The notes below the pieces were generated by a model. It was not told the origin of the DNA and searched no databases. It saw only the letters and a program-made list of their open reading frames with translations. DNA of 27,280 bases from a virus (taxonomy: Duplodnaviria > Heunggongvirae > Uroviricota > Caudoviricetes). Made by a program: the position numbers and the translations under genes. The DNA lies in IMG/VR virus record IMGVR_UViG_2534681604_000001, one strand, 5' to 3'. Every line of letters begins with the position of its first letter. The stretch's first letter is position 1. Shown one piece after another: positions 1 through 6,832 of this stretch.

Positions 1-81
1 GAGCACGAACCTGATTTTAAGGAGTGTCGCCAGAGTGCCGCGATGAAACGGGTATTGGCAGTATATGGAGTTAAAAGATGA
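1..81 (+). CDS. 3' end of upstream CDS, truncated by window start (possibly ren-like)
   Basis: Frame 1 is open from base 1 to TGA at 79-81 (…EHEPDFKECRQSAAMKRVLAVYGVKR). Its position just upstream of ninB matches lambda ren; identity is from memory only. Confidence 0.35.
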   Translation, partial: EHEPDFKECRQSAAMKRVLAVYGVKR

Positions 82-106
82 CCATCTACATCACTGAGCT
101 AATAAC

Positions 107-138
107 AGGCCTGCTGGTAATCGCAGGCCTTTTTATTT
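107..138 (+). terminator. Intrinsic terminator, tR2-like (between replication genes and nin region)
   Basis: Perfect 8-bp stem aggcctgc/gcaggcct (107-114 / 123-130), 8-nt loop, then ttttattt (131-138). Position matches lambda tR2. Confidence 0.6.
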
Positions 139-154
139 GGGGGAGAGGGAAGTC

Positions 155-595
155 ATGAAAAAACTAACCTTTGAAATTCGATCTCCAGCACATCAGCAAA
201 ACGCTATTCACGCGGTACAGCAAATTCTTCCAGACCCAACCAAACCAATCGTAGTAACCATTCAGGAACGCAACCGCAGCTTAGACCAGAATCGAAAGCT
301 TTGGGCTTGCCTTGGTGACGTCTCTCGTCAGGTTGAATGGCATGGTCGCTGGCTGGATGCAGAAAGCTGGAAGTGTGTGTTTACCGCAGCATTAAAGCAG
401 CAGGATGTTGTTCCTAACCTTGCCGGGAATGGCTTTGTGGTAATAGGCCAGTCAACCAGCAGGATGCGTGTAGGCGAATTTGCGGAGCTATTAGAGCTTA
501 TACAGGCATTCGGTACAGAGCGTGGCGTTAAGTGGTCAGACGAAGCGAGACTGGCTCTGGAGTGGAAAGCGAGATGGGGAGATCGGGCTGCATGA
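155..595 (+). CDS. ninB: NinB recombination protein
   Basis: ORF-track protein from MKKLTFEIRSPAHQQNAIHAVQQ… recognised as lambda NinB. ATG at 155 is preceded by gggagaggga; the track's upstream TTG at 137 is unlikely to be the start. Confidence 0.9.
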   Translation: MKKLTFEIRSPAHQQNAIHAVQQILPDPTKPIVVTIQERNRSLDQNRKLWACLGDVSRQVEWHGRWLDAESWKCVFTAALKQQDVVPNLAGNGFVVIGQSTSRMRVGEFAELLELIQAFGTERGVKWSDEARLALEWKARWGDRAA

Positions 596-1119
596 CTATC
601 AAATCAAATACGCCAGCACACGACAAGGACTGCTGGCAAACGCCGCTTTGGCTTTTTGATGCACTGGATATTGAGTTTGGATTCTGGCTGGATTCGGCAG
701 CGAGCGACAAAAATGCTCTGTGTGCTCACTGGCTAACTGAGGCCGACGACGCGCTCAATTCTGAGTGGGTAAGCCACGGTGCAATCTGGAATAACCCACC
801 GTACAGCAATATCAGGCCGTGGGTGGAAAAAGCCGCTGAGCAGTGCATACAACAGCGACAGACGGTAGTTATGCTTGTGCCAGAGGATATGTCAGTCGGA
901 TGGTTCAGCAAGGCTCTGGAGAGTGTCGACGAAGTTCGCATTATCACTGATGGACGGATTAATTTTATCGAACCATCGACAGGGCTGGAGAAGAAGGGAA
1001 ACAGCAAAGGTTCCATGCTGCTGATTTGGCGACCGTTCATCAGTCCTCGACGGATGTTTACTACCGTATCCAAAGCGGCATTGATGGCGATCGGGCAGGG
1101 CGTCAGGAGGGCAGCATGA
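592..1119 (+). CDS. Phage Dam-family DNA N6-adenine methyltransferase (orphan)
   Basis: Contains the NPPY catalytic motif (…[10 protein letters not shown]…). ATG at 592 overlaps the ninB stop as ATGA. Start trimmed from the ORF-track start at 532. Confidence 0.75.
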   Translation: MTIKSNTPAHDKDCWQTPLWLFDALDIEFGFWLDSAASDKNALCAHWLTEADDALNSEWVSHGAIWNNPPYSNIRPWVEKAAEQCIQQRQTVVMLVPEDMSVGWFSKALESVDEVRIITDGRINFIEPSTGLEKKGNSKGSMLLIWRPFISPRRMFTTVSKAALMAIGQGVRRAA

Positions 1120-1292
1120 GACGACAGCGACGAAGTATCACCGACATCATCTGCGAAAACTGCAAATACCTTCCAACGAAACGCTCCAGAAATAAACGCA
1201 AACCAATCCCAAAAGAATCTGACGTAAAAACCTTCAATTACACGGCTCACCTGTGGGATATCCGGTGGCTAAGACATCGTGCGAGGAAATGA
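1116..1292 (+). CDS. ninE: NinE
   Basis: [58 protein letters not shown] recognised as lambda NinE. ATG at 1116 overlaps the methylase stop as ATGA. Confidence 0.85.
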   Translation: MRRQRRSITDIICENCKYLPTKRSRNKRKPIPKESDVKTFNYTAHLWDIRWLRHRARK

Positions 1293-1294
1293 CA

Positions 1295-1672
1295 ATGGAT
1301 TATTCACAGTTAAGTGATTTTGAAATTAACGTGGCGGTATTCGAAGCCATTCATAACGGATCACCGGATTACAAAGAAGGTGAGAATGGCGATATGGTGT
1401 TTGTCTCATTTGAGGGAGACATTGTAAACGGAGACGCAGTTGAAGTAGAAGTTGAGCGCGGATCCTTTAACCCATGCGCAAACCCAGCAGACGCATGGCC
1501 GATTATCACTGAAAACAACATCAGCATAATTTTAGACAATCCCTCAATGCCGTGCGCCACAGACAACGCAAGGGACTTGTTTGATGATGCCTTACCGAAT
1601 GTTGGTGTCGCATATGACAATCCACTCCGTGCCGCCATGATTGTCTTTCTCATGATGCGGAGAATCCAATAA
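1295..1672 (+). CDS. Acidic hypothetical protein, possibly NinX-like (DUF2591)
   Basis: ORF between ninE and ninF, the position of ninX in the P22 nin region. ATG at 1295 has gagga 7 nt upstream; in-frame ATG at 1289 is the alternative. Family assignment is from memory and uncertain. Confidence 0.5.
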   Translation: MDYSQLSDFEINVAVFEAIHNGSPDYKEGENGDMVFVSFEGDIVNGDAVEVEVERGSFNPCANPADAWPIITENNISIILDNPSMPCATDNARDLFDDALPNVGVAYDNPLRAAMIVFLMMRRIQ

Positions 1673-1851
1673 TGCTTAGCCCATCCCAATCCCTTCAATA
1701 CCAGAAAGAAAGCGTCGAGCGAGCTTTAACGTGCGCTAACTGCGGTCAGAAGCTGCATGTGCTGGAAGTTCACGTGTGTGAGCACTGCTGCGCAGAACTG
1801 ATGAGCGATCCGAATAGCTCAATGTACGAGGAAGAAGACGATGGTGATTAG
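1672..1851 (+). CDS. ninF: NinF
   Basis: 59-aa ORF MLSPSQSLQYQKESVERALTCANCGQKLHVLEVHVCEHCCAELMSDPNSSMYEEEDDGD matching lambda NinF (Cys-rich). Below the 60-aa cutoff of the ORF track; found by direct translation. Confidence 0.85.
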   Translation: MLSPSQSLQYQKESVERALTCANCGQKLHVLEVHVCEHCCAELMSDPNSSMYEEEDDGD

Positions 1852-2233
1852 CCGATATGGACAAATAACGTTTAAACATTTTCAAGACAATCCAACATGG
1901 GCTGCTGCGGCTGGATATGACTTTAATTATTTTGATTGTCTGTCAGTAGCATGTATTGCAACTACCAATGTTGCTAACAACATAATCGATGAATTCTTGG
2001 ATTTTCCAGAATATCAGGTCAGAGAGTTGCCTGCATTTTTTGTGAAAGTATCTGTTGCTACAGCTCTGTTATTTATTTTGTTATTCGCATATCCATTGCT
2101 TGCCGTATTTGTTTATGTGAGATGCAAGCACTCACAAAAGGAATACAGCGGAGAGCATACCGATATTACCAGCACAAATATGCGAGTGTGGTTGAGGAGA
2201 TGCCAAGAGAATTGGGGGAGACGTCATGGCTAA
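1841..2233 (+). CDS. Hypothetical single-pass membrane protein (AT-rich moron)
   Basis: 130-aa ORF with one hydrophobic helix (FFVKVSVATALLFILLFAYPLLAVFVYV) followed by basic residues. Markedly AT-richer than flanking nin genes. gagg lies about 9 nt upstream of ATG 1841. Not recognised as any lambda gene. Confidence 0.45.
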   Translation: MVISRYGQITFKHFQDNPTWAAAAGYDFNYFDCLSVACIATTNVANNIIDEFLDFPEYQVRELPAFFVKVSVATALLFILLFAYPLLAVFVYVRCKHSQKEYSGEHTDITSTNMRVWLRRCQENWGRRHG

Positions 2234-2516
2234 CCTACGCAAAGAAGCTCGCGGCAGAGAATGCCAGGTACGTATTTACGGCGTATGCAATGGCAACCCT
2301 GAAACTACAGTTCTGGCACATTACCGGATGGCTGGAATTTGCGGAACGGGAATGAAGCCTGACGACCTGATCGGCGCATGGGCTTGTAGCGCGTGTCACG
2401 ATGAAATCGACCGACGCACCCATAATCTCGACAACAAAGACGCCAGACTTTACCACCTCGAAGGCGTGATCAGGACGCAGGCGATACTGCTGAAGGAGGG
2501 GAAGATTAAGTCATGA
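2226..2516 (+). CDS. ybcO: YbcO-like protein (DUF1364, putative nuclease)
   Basis: 96-aa protein MANLRKEARGRECQVRIYGVCNGNPETTVLAH… with Cys/His cluster, resembling DLP12 YbcO. Strong SD ggggga upstream of ATG 2226. Immediately precedes rusA as in DLP12. Confidence 0.7.
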   Translation: MANLRKEARGRECQVRIYGVCNGNPETTVLAHYRMAGICGTGMKPDDLIGAWACSACHDEIDRRTHNLDNKDARLYHLEGVIRTQAILLKEGKIKS

Positions 2517-2908
2517 AAACCTACCGAATAAAATTGCCGTGGCCTCCTTCAAACAACCGATATTGGCGACACTCAAGAGGGATCCACTACATCAGCGACT
2601 GGGGTAAGAGATACCAAGAAGAAGTAATCGAATTAATCCAGCAACAACAGCTAGACATCAAAATCACACCTCGCATCAGAATAACCATCCACGCAGCACC
2701 TCCCGATAACCGCAAACGAGATTTGGACAATCTGCCAAAAGCCGTTTTTGACGCACTCACCAGTGCGGGCTTCTGGCTGGATGACGGTCAGATAGACGAT
2801 ATGCGCGTCATTCGCTATCAGGCGATTAAAGGTGGAATGCTTTTGTTGGTTGTGACTGAAACATGCGGCAGTTTGCCAATGATTACAGAGCTACTGGAGG
2901 CCGCATGA
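2513..2908 (+). CDS. rusA: RusA Holliday junction resolvase
   Basis: MKTYRIKLPWPPSNNRYWRH…RDLDNLPKAVFDALTSAGFWLDDGQIDDMRV… matches the RusA family. ATG overlaps the ybcO stop as ATGA. Confidence 0.9.
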   Translation: MKTYRIKLPWPPSNNRYWRHSRGIHYISDWGKRYQEEVIELIQQQQLDIKITPRIRITIHAAPPDNRKRDLDNLPKAVFDALTSAGFWLDDGQIDDMRVIRYQAIKGGMLLLVVTETCGSLPMITELLEAA

Positions 2909-3111
2909 CGTTCTCAGTAAAAACCATTCCAGACATGCTCGTTGAAGCATACGGAAACCAGACAGAAGTAGCACGCAGACTGAAATGTAGTCGCGGCACG
3001 GTCAGAAAATACGTTGATGATAAAGACGGGAAAATGCACGCCATCGTCAACGACGTTCTTATGGTTCATCGCGGATGGAGTGAAAGAGATGCGCTATTAC
3101 GAAAGAATTGA
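2905..3111 (+). CDS. ninH: NinH (small DNA-binding protein)
   Basis: [39 protein letters not shown]… recognised as lambda NinH. ATG at 2905 overlaps the rusA stop as ATGA. Confidence 0.85.
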   Translation: MTFSVKTIPDMLVEAYGNQTEVARRLKCSRGTVRKYVDDKDGKMHAIVNDVLMVHRGWSERDALLRKN

Positions 3112-3760
3112 TGGCAGCAAATACCGAAATATTTGGGTAGTTGGCGATCTGCACGGATGCTACACGAACCTGATGAAAAAACTGGAGACGATAGGATTCG
3201 ACACCAAAAAAGACCTGCTTATCTCGGTTGGCGATTTGGTCGATCGCGGTGCAGAGAACGTCGAATGCCTGGAATTAATCACATTCCCCTGGTTCAGAGC
3301 TGTACGTGGAAACCATGAGCAAATGATGATTGATGGCTTATCAGAGCGCGGAAACGTCAATCACTGGATGCTTAATGGCGGTGGCTGGTTCTTTAATCTC
3401 GATTACGACAAAGAAATTCTGGCTAAAGCTCTTGCCCATAAAGCAGATGAACTTCCGTTAATCATCGAACTGGTGAGTAAAGGTAAAAAATATGTCATCT
3501 GCCACGCCGATTATCCTTGTGACGAATACGAGTTTGGAAAGCCAGTTGATCATCAGCAGGTAATCTGGAACCGCGAACGAATCAGCAACTCACAAGACGG
3601 GATCGTGAAAGAAATCAAAGGAGCGGACACGTTCATCTTTGGTCATACGCCAGCAGTGAAACCACTCAAGTTTGCCAACCAGATGTATATCGATACCGGC
3701 GCAGTGTTCTGCGGAAACCTCACATTGATTCAGGTACAGGGAGAAGGCGCATGGGCATAA
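3089..3760 (+). CDS. ninI: NinI serine/threonine protein phosphatase (lambda PPase type)
   Basis: [29 protein letters not shown]…GDLVDRG…GNHE… carries calcineurin-like metallophosphatase motifs and is recognised as lambda NinI. ATG at 3089 is preceded by gaaagag. Confidence 0.9.
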   Translation: MRYYERIDGSKYRNIWVVGDLHGCYTNLMKKLETIGFDTKKDLLISVGDLVDRGAENVECLELITFPWFRAVRGNHEQMMIDGLSERGNVNHWMLNGGGWFFNLDYDKEILAKALAHKADELPLIIELVSKGKKYVICHADYPCDEYEFGKPVDHQQVIWNRERISNSQDGIVKEIKGADTFIFGHTPAVKPLKFANQMYIDTGAVFCGNLTLIQVQGEGAWA

Positions 3761-4269
3761 GAGAACTAAACCTCACCAAAGAGCAGCACGAGTGGCTGAA
3801 TGGCTGGCTTGAACTGTGGGGCGCATGGGTTTATTCAGGTCGTCTGGAAAAGCGCATGAGCAGCGTAATAGCGAAGTTCATGGAGAGCGTAGAGCCGGGA
3901 AGAGTTATGACAAGGCCAATGTGCAATGATGATGATGGAATGTTGATTTCTCAGGTCGTCGATTCCGTCATGTACATTGACAAAAAAGCCTTTGGCATCC
4001 TCCTCAGCTACTACGCTCATGGTTCATCTAAGCGAGCAATTGCATCCTACTATCACGCGACTGCAAAGCCACGCAAGATGTGTGGACGTGGTGGCGAGGG
4101 ATGGAGAAAACCTTCACTGGCAACCTGTAGAAACGAAATTGACGACATCCTGAAAGCGTCATTATTTGTTTTATACCAGCCAATGCAAAATGCTTTCAAA
4201 ATGCGTAAACGTGTTGAGAAAGTTAAGCATATTGCTGTTAAAAGCCTTGACATGCAATTAGCCATTTAG
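3751..4269 (+). CDS. Late-gene antiterminator Q, non-lambda type (QuuD / Phage_antitermQ-like)
   Basis: WLELWGAWV and CNDDDG motifs resemble the DLP12 QuuD-type antiterminator. Sits in the canonical Q position between ninI and the lysis genes. Confidence 0.7.
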   Translation: MGIRELNLTKEQHEWLNGWLELWGAWVYSGRLEKRMSSVIAKFMESVEPGRVMTRPMCNDDDGMLISQVVDSVMYIDKKAFGILLSYYAHGSSKRAIASYYHATAKPRKMCGRGGEGWRKPSLATCRNEIDDILKASLFVLYQPMQNAFKMRKRVEKVKHIAVKSLDMQLAI

Positions 4270-4276
4270 CCATAAT
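4247..4276 (+). promoter_or_regulatory. Candidate sigma70 late promoter (PR'-like)
   Basis: -35 ttgaca (4247-4252), 18-nt spacer, -10 cataat (4271-4276), straddling the Q stop codon. Function not verifiable from sequence. Confidence 0.35.
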
Positions 4277-4286
4277 TAGCAGGTAA

Positions 4287-4328
4287 GCTGCCGTTAGTGA
4301 CTCTTAAGTTGCAACGGTGGCTTTTTTT
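4287..4328 (+). terminator. Intrinsic terminator after Q (tR'-like)
   Basis: 9-bp stem gctgccgtt/aacggtggc (including 2 G-U pairs), then seven T's at 4322-4328. Confidence 0.55.
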
Positions 4329-4332
4329 ATTT

Positions 4333-4407
4333 GGGTCAGTCGTATAAAGGTCATTACGGAAGGCTGTTAACCTTCTTATCGTGGTTCGAGTCCACGCTGT
4401 CCCGCCA
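4333..4407 (+). tRNA. tRNA-Asn-like (anticodon GUU), acceptor stem has one U-U mismatch
   Basis: Hand-folded cloverleaf: acceptor gggtcag/ctgtccc with U4-U69 mismatch; anticodon stem gaagg/ccttc, loop ctGTTaa; T arm cgtgg-ttcgagt-ccacg; discriminator G; encoded CCA. Anticodon loop and T loop match E. coli tRNA-Asn. Confidence 0.55.
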
Positions 4408-4412
4408 AACAT

Positions 4413-4488
4413 GCTGGTTTAGCTCCAATGGTAGAGCAGTCGCCTTGTAAGCGAATGGGTAGCGGTTCAAGTCCGTTAACCAGCACCA
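4413..4488 (+). tRNA. tRNA-Thr (anticodon UGU)
   Basis: Hand-folded 76-nt cloverleaf: acceptor gctggtt/aaccagc; D arm gctc-caatggta-gagc; anticodon loop ctTGTaa; T arm agcgg-ttcaagt-ccgtt; discriminator A; encoded CCA. Confidence 0.7.
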
Positions 4489-4576
4489 TAACTGAGCCGT
4501 AGCCACTGGCTATCCTGAATTCATCAGTGATAGTTATGCTGCGGCCTTCTACACATGACCTTCGTGAAAGCGGGTG

Positions 4577-4609
4577 GAAGGAGGTCGCGCTAACAACCTC
4601 CTCCGTTTT
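4577..4609 (+). terminator. Stem-loop with short U-tract (weak terminator or processing structure)
   Basis: 7-bp stem aggaggt/acctcct around a 10-nt loop, followed by gtttt. The 5' arm is an SD-like aaggaggt with no start codon downstream. Confidence 0.3.
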
Positions 4610-4709
4610 GCCCGTGCATATCGGTCACGAACAAATCTGATTACTAAACACAGTAGCCTGGATTTGTTCTATCAGTAATCGACCTTATTCCTAATTAAAT
4701 AGAGCAAAT

Positions 4710-4725
4710 CCCCTCAATGAAGGGG
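4710..4725 (+). promoter_or_regulatory. Hairpin sequestering the holin ribosome-binding region (sdi-like)
   Basis: cccct-caatga-agggg hairpin ends 6 nt before the first holin ATG (4732) and contains the purine-rich aagggg that would serve as SD. Confidence 0.4.
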
Positions 4726-4731
4726 TAGAGC

Positions 4732-4935
4732 ATGTACCGTATGGACAAAATCAGAGAATGGTTCAGTTACAGCTTCGGAGGACTGACTGCGATGGGTGGC
4801 ATTCTCTCCCTGAATGACTGGGCTGTCATCATTGGTATTCTTTGTACTGTCGGCACATTTGGCATCAACTGGTACTACAAGCGCAAAGAGCGCGAGGACA
4901 GATTGAATGGCAATGTCACCGGCACTACGAAATAG
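4732..4935 (+). CDS. Class II holin / pinholin (phage 21 S-type) with dual start
   Basis: Small protein with two TM segments, starts MYRMDKI… with ATGs at 4732 and 4741. Immediately precedes a SAR endolysin. Resembles S21 (MKSMDK…) dual-start architecture. Confidence 0.75.
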   Translation: MYRMDKIREWFSYSFGGLTAMGGILSLNDWAVIIGILCTVGTFGINWYYKRKEREDRLNGNVTGTTK

Positions 4936-5410
4936 CGTAATAGCGGCGATAAGTGGCGGGGCTATTGCTATAGCATCTGTGTTAATCACTGGGCCAAGTG
5001 GTAACGATGGTCTGGAAGGTGTCAGCTACATACCATACAAAGATATTGTTGGTGTATGGACTGTATGTCACGGACACACCGGAAAAGACATCATGCTCGG
5101 TAAAACGTATACCGAAGCAGAATGCAAAGCCCTCCTGAATAAAGACCTTGCCACGGTCGCCAGACAAATTAACCCGTACATCAAAGTCGATATACCGGAA
5201 ACAACGCGCGGCGCTCTTTACTCGTTCGTCTACAACGTGGGGGCTGGCAATTTCAGAACATCGACGCTTCTTCGCAAAATAAACCAGGGCGATATCAAGG
5301 GCGCATGTGACCAGCTACGTCGCTGGGCATACGCTGGCGGTAAGCAATGGAAAGGCCTGATGACTCGTCGTGAGATTGAGCGTGAGGTCTGTTTGTGGGG
5401 GCAACAATGA
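4907..5410 (+). CDS. R: SAR endolysin (phage 21 R-type, T4 E-like lysozyme, GH24)
   Basis: N-terminal Gly/Ala-rich signal-anchor-release domain ([21 protein letters not shown]), followed by [23 protein letters not shown] catalytic region. Recognised as phage 21 R-like. gagga 8 nt upstream of ATG 4907. Confidence 0.9.
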   Translation: MAMSPALRNSVIAAISGGAIAIASVLITGPSGNDGLEGVSYIPYKDIVGVWTVCHGHTGKDIMLGKTYTEAECKALLNKDLATVARQINPYIKVDIPETTRGALYSFVYNVGAGNFRTSTLLRKINQGDIKGACDQLRRWAYAGGKQWKGLMTRREIEREVCLWGQQ

Positions 5411-5874
5411 GCAGGGTAACCGCGATTATCTCCGCTCTGGTTATCTGCATCATCGTCTGCCTGTCATGGGCTGTTAATCATTACCGTGATAATGCAATCG
5501 CCTACAAAGAACAGCGCGATAACAAGGCCAGTGAACTGGAGAAGGCGAACGCCACCATTACTGACATGCAGCAGCGCCAGCGTGATGCTGATGCACTCGA
5601 TGATAAATACACGAAGGAGTTAGCTGATGCGAAAGCTGAAAATGATGCTCTTCGGCGCAAGCTTGATAATGGTGGTCGGGTGCTCGTCAAAGGAAAATGC
5701 CCTGTGCCATCCTCAGCCGAAACCTCCAGCGCCTCCGGCATGGGCAATGATGCCACCGTCGAACTCTCTCCAGTTGCTGGACGAAACGTTCTCGGTATCC
5801 GGGACGGAATTATCCGCGACCAAACAGCACTGAGAACGCTTCAGGAATACATCAGGACGCAATGCCTTCGATGA
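5407..5874 (+). CDS. Rz: Rz i-spanin
   Basis: [31 protein letters not shown]… recognised as lambda Rz (N-terminal TM, coiled coil). ATG at 5407 overlaps the endolysin stop as ATGA. Confidence 0.9.
   Translation: MSRVTAIISALVICIIVCLSWAVNHYRDNAIAYKEQRDNKASELEKANATITDMQQRQRDADALDDKYTKELADAKAENDALRRKLDNGGRVLVKGKCPVPSSAETSSASGMGNDATVELSPVAGRNVLGIRDGIIRDQTALRTLQEYIRTQCLR
5627..5833 (+). CDS. Rz1: Rz1 o-spanin (lipoprotein, embedded in +1 frame of Rz)
   Basis: [23 protein letters not shown]… has a lipobox (VVGC) and Pro-rich region. Lies entirely inside Rz in another frame; aaggag 7 nt upstream of the ATG. Confidence 0.85.
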   Translation: MRKLKMMLFGASLIMVVGCSSKENALCHPQPKPPAPPAWAMMPPSNSLQLLDETFSVSGTELSATKQH

Positions 5875-6048
5875 TAGCGATAATTTTACTCATCATCCTT
5901 CACATCTGGCTCTGTAGACAGGGTGGTGCTCACTTCTGGAGTGAATCCAGATTAAACATCTCATTGCTGATGCTTGATATTGAGCATTTTGCGCGCGGTA
6001 AGGGGCTGCGTTGAGATAAGAACCAGTCATTACAAATACCAGGATTTA

Positions 6049-6073
6049 GCCTCGCATTCGCGGGGCTTTTTAT
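6049..6073 (+). terminator. Intrinsic terminator downstream of the lysis cassette
   Basis: 7-bp GC-rich stem gcctcgc/gcggggc, 4-nt loop, then ttttt at 6067-6071. Confidence 0.55.
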
Positions 6074-6085
6074 TGCCATTACAAA

Positions 6086-6107
6086 AGCCACTTCCTACAG
6101 AGTGGCT
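6086..6107 (+). promoter_or_regulatory. Second hairpin (weak terminator-like)
   Basis: Perfect 7-bp stem agccact/agtggct with 8-nt loop, followed by only ttt. Confidence 0.3.
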
Positions 6108-6365
6108 TTGATAATGGTTTATACCCTACACGGGATAACTTAACTGATATCCCTTTTAAAGGATAAAGGTATTCAAGCCTGACACATCATGCGCTGTATC
6201 GTCGCCGTATTCCCGTATTAACAGAGACCGTAGCCCGACGGGGAACTCCTTCTGCGCGAGTGTGCGGGAATAATCAAAAACGATGCACACCGGGGTTACC
6301 GGGTACACATATTTCATCATGCCAGCGAGTCCGGTTCTGGCACGGAAGAAACCGGACGTTATGAT

Positions 6366-6776
6366 TTAGTGCGGAAATATTTGTGTAGTGTTCTGAATGT
6401 TCTCAGTAAAGAGTAATGAATTATCAAAGGTATAGTAATACCTTTTGTTTTCGTGGATATTTGTAATCCATCTGAAAACCCCTGCTGTAGCAAGATTTTT
6501 CCTGTATTCGTAAAATGATAACTCTCCTGATTTGAATCCTTTTAAGGTGGCTTCTATAAGGCATTTATTTTTTGAAAATCTTACATTTACAACCTTACCC
6601 TGTCCTTTTATTAAAACCGTATTATCGTTTTCAAGAACAAGATGAATATTCTCTGTAGCTAAATAGTAAATGTAATGTGAGACATTGTGACGTTTTAGTT
6701 CAGAATAAAACCAGTGATAGTTTAAATTATTTCGCACTTTATCGAATATTTGTTTAAAAATGGCAACCTGAGCCAT
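6366..6776 (-). CDS. Hypothetical protein, possibly YbcV-like (DUF1398), in AT-rich island
   Basis: Minus-strand ORF. Preferred start is the second ATG ([16 protein letters not shown]…), which has ggaagg 7 nt upstream; the ORF-track start at 6791 has no SD. Strongly AT-rich. Resemblance to DLP12 YbcV is from memory. Confidence 0.5.
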   Translation of the reverse strand: MAQVAIFKQIFDKVRNNLNYHWFYSELKRHNVSHYIYYLATENIHLVLENDNTVLIKGQGKVVNVRFSKNKCLIEATLKGFKSGELSFYEYRKNLATAGVFRWITNIHENKRYYYTFDNSLLFTENIQNTTQIFPH

Positions 6777-6832
6777 TGTAGTACCTTCCATGTGATATGA
6801 GGGGCGTAGTCTGCACGATTATCTAAATTGCT

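Noticed and set aside
137-154. Upstream TTG/GTG starts reported by the ORF track (e.g. 137 for ninB, 532 for the methylase, 11547 for C, 13372 for E)
   Set aside because: These extensions lack SD sequences and run into the upstream gene; the internal ATG or GTG starts match known N-termini and have proper ribosome-binding sites.
2122-2355. 77-aa plus-strand ORF overlapping the end of the membrane ORF and the start of ybcO
   Set aside because: Out of frame with two better-supported genes that it overlaps almost completely; no SD.
4489-4620. Possible third tRNA downstream of tRNA-Thr
   Set aside because: No T-loop motif, CCA end or cloverleaf could be folded by hand in this stretch.
4537-4641. 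34-codon ORF and an aaggaggt SD-like sequence between the tRNAs and the holin
   Set aside because: The SD-like sequence has no start codon at a suitable distance and forms the 5' arm of a hairpin; the small ORF has no ribosome-binding site.
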